Shown one piece after another: positions 62,442 to 64,000 of a stretch of DNA of 64,000 nucleotides. The stretch is from Geosiphon pyriformis uo1 (taxonomy: Eukaryota; Fungi; Glomeromycota): positions 1 to 64,000 of the forward strand of contig JAAOMT010000304.1 in the NCBI GenBank assembly GCA_016748015.1, given 5' to 3'. Position numbers and translations under genes: made by a program. Each line of letters starts with the position of its first letter. Position 1 is the first letter of the stretch. Under the pieces are notes generated by a model. The model did not search any database, was not told the origin of the DNA, and saw only the letters and a program-made list of their open reading frames with translations.

Positions 62442-64000
62442 TATAATTTTACAGAGAATCAGCACTAACAGCAATCATCCAAAAGTGGCAGAATCAGAAA
62501 TAATAAGAACAAATCATTTAGGATTTGTTAAATCCTTATTTTAACAATACAGCCAACAATTGGGCTTAACCAACAACTATTATCCAATGGAATCAGTCTT
62601 CAACTTTTACGTCAACAAAAAAATCACAGATTTTCTTAAAAGACCAGTTAATATTGAATCAGTAAGAAAAAATTTTTATACAGAATTAATCCAACATACC
62701 AGTTTACCACGAAATCATAGTTTTGCACTAATTATCAGAAAAATTAATCAAAAAATTAAAAGATACACTCAACAACAATTTTCCATTATCTACACAGATA
62801 AGGGTAAAGAAAAATTACAAACACTAACAGCAACTTCAAAAAGAATACAATTATCAACATGGAAGAAACAAAGAATTAAATCTCCACTATATCTATTATA
62901 TTATCACATAGCTGGAAGTACCATTAATATTGCATCAACAGATGTATCCACATTAAATGTAACATTAACATTTGGATGATTTTCATTTCAAAGTAAACAA
63001 AAAAAAGTGGAATTATTAGGAACTTACAGCAATTATTTTGAAAGATTTAAATTATAATCACTGATGCCATAAAGATTTTGATTACTGTTACCTCCACCAG
63101 ATTTTAGAACTGCAAGTCCTTAAAAAGTAATGAAATTTAAAGAAGAAAAAAACAAGTATCAGAAATTTAATTACCAAAATCTGATTCCAAAAAATCCAGA
63201 AAATCAAATCCTGAATATTCAAGCTCTGACATTAATAATTAACAACACTTACCTCCAGTAATTGTTATCAACCTACCACCAGTTGCTACACAACAACAGC
63301 CACTGCCACAACCTCAAATTCAGTTACCACCCCAACAACAACAATAACAACCAAACTTAAATCCAATGGTCTATGCTCTAATAACAAAACTTGAAAAGTT
63401 TATGGGCAAAAAAAATGATGCCCAAATATGGCTAAACAATGTTGAAAAAACCATTACAGCCAATGGATAGAATGACATTAGAGCCATGTAAATCATTTTA
63501 TATTTTCTCCAAAATACCAACAACTCATGATATCAAAGCTTAGTTAACAAATTCCAAGATTTTAATGCATTCAAGCTTGCATTCTTATAATATTTCAGCA
63601 ATAATAATAGCATTAACTACTTAGCCAACATTTTTATTATTATTAAACAAGAAGAAACTAAAGCAGTCACTACTTACTTGAGACACTTCCACAGAACTTT
63701 GCACCAAATTCAGGCAATACAAGCTGATTATTTCACAGTATCACAAATCTTAAACCAATTTATTAGAGGCCTGTATAGTAGCCTCTTCCAACACATATGT
63801 CCATTGCATCTAGTAGATTTTTAAGCCACCATTATAAATGCCAGAAATTTTGAAGCAGCTGAACTTAAAGCTAACTATGCACAAGCCATAAATCTAGTAA
63901 TGAACAGATCATCTGACTTGGATTCCAAGCTAAAGTAATTCAGCGACTTAATTAATCAGAAACTAGAAGGATACTTAGCTAACAATTAAGCAATTTATTA

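Larger units (their letters stand above)
61516..64000 (+). mobile_element. Gypsy B8: 5' LTR (61516-62422), PBS and gag running off the window
   Basis: PBS tggtgctccctgtgaa at 62425; ORF 62560-62979; ITKLEKFMGKKNDAQIWLNN. Confidence 0.93.

Overview
This is the left end of a very AT-rich, CpG-depleted eukaryotic chromosome. It is probably fungal: the repeat-encoded peptides resemble those I recall from Glomeromycotina such as Geosiphon, but I have not verified this. Positions 4-345 are telomere, canonical (CCCTAA)n followed by a proximal (CCCTAT)n block, joined directly into the pol region of a Ty3/Gypsy element. Almost everything else is nested, heavily C>T/G>A-mutated retroelements: 11 Gypsy segments of three families (A, B, C; TGTTAC...GTAACA LTRs, 4-bp TSDs) and two APE-type LINE copies, one still showing RNase H. 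No intact host gene is visible, and only about 3.4 kb (52578-55614, 61135-61515) cannot be assigned to a TE. The most interesting signal is the Gypsy architecture: gag-PR-[~200-aa multi-CxxC domain]-[dUTPase]-[dUTPase-like relic]-RT-RNaseH, then a TAA at the same place in every copy that covers it, then integrase, then a conserved ~220-aa extra ORF, then a frame-independent nucleotide motif before the PPT. Family C retains only the part from RNase H onward. Structural history can also be read: de novo telomere addition, a four-level nest, a head-to-head junction and a probable inversion. Domain coordinates were read by eye and are approximate; LTR and TSD coordinates were counted.
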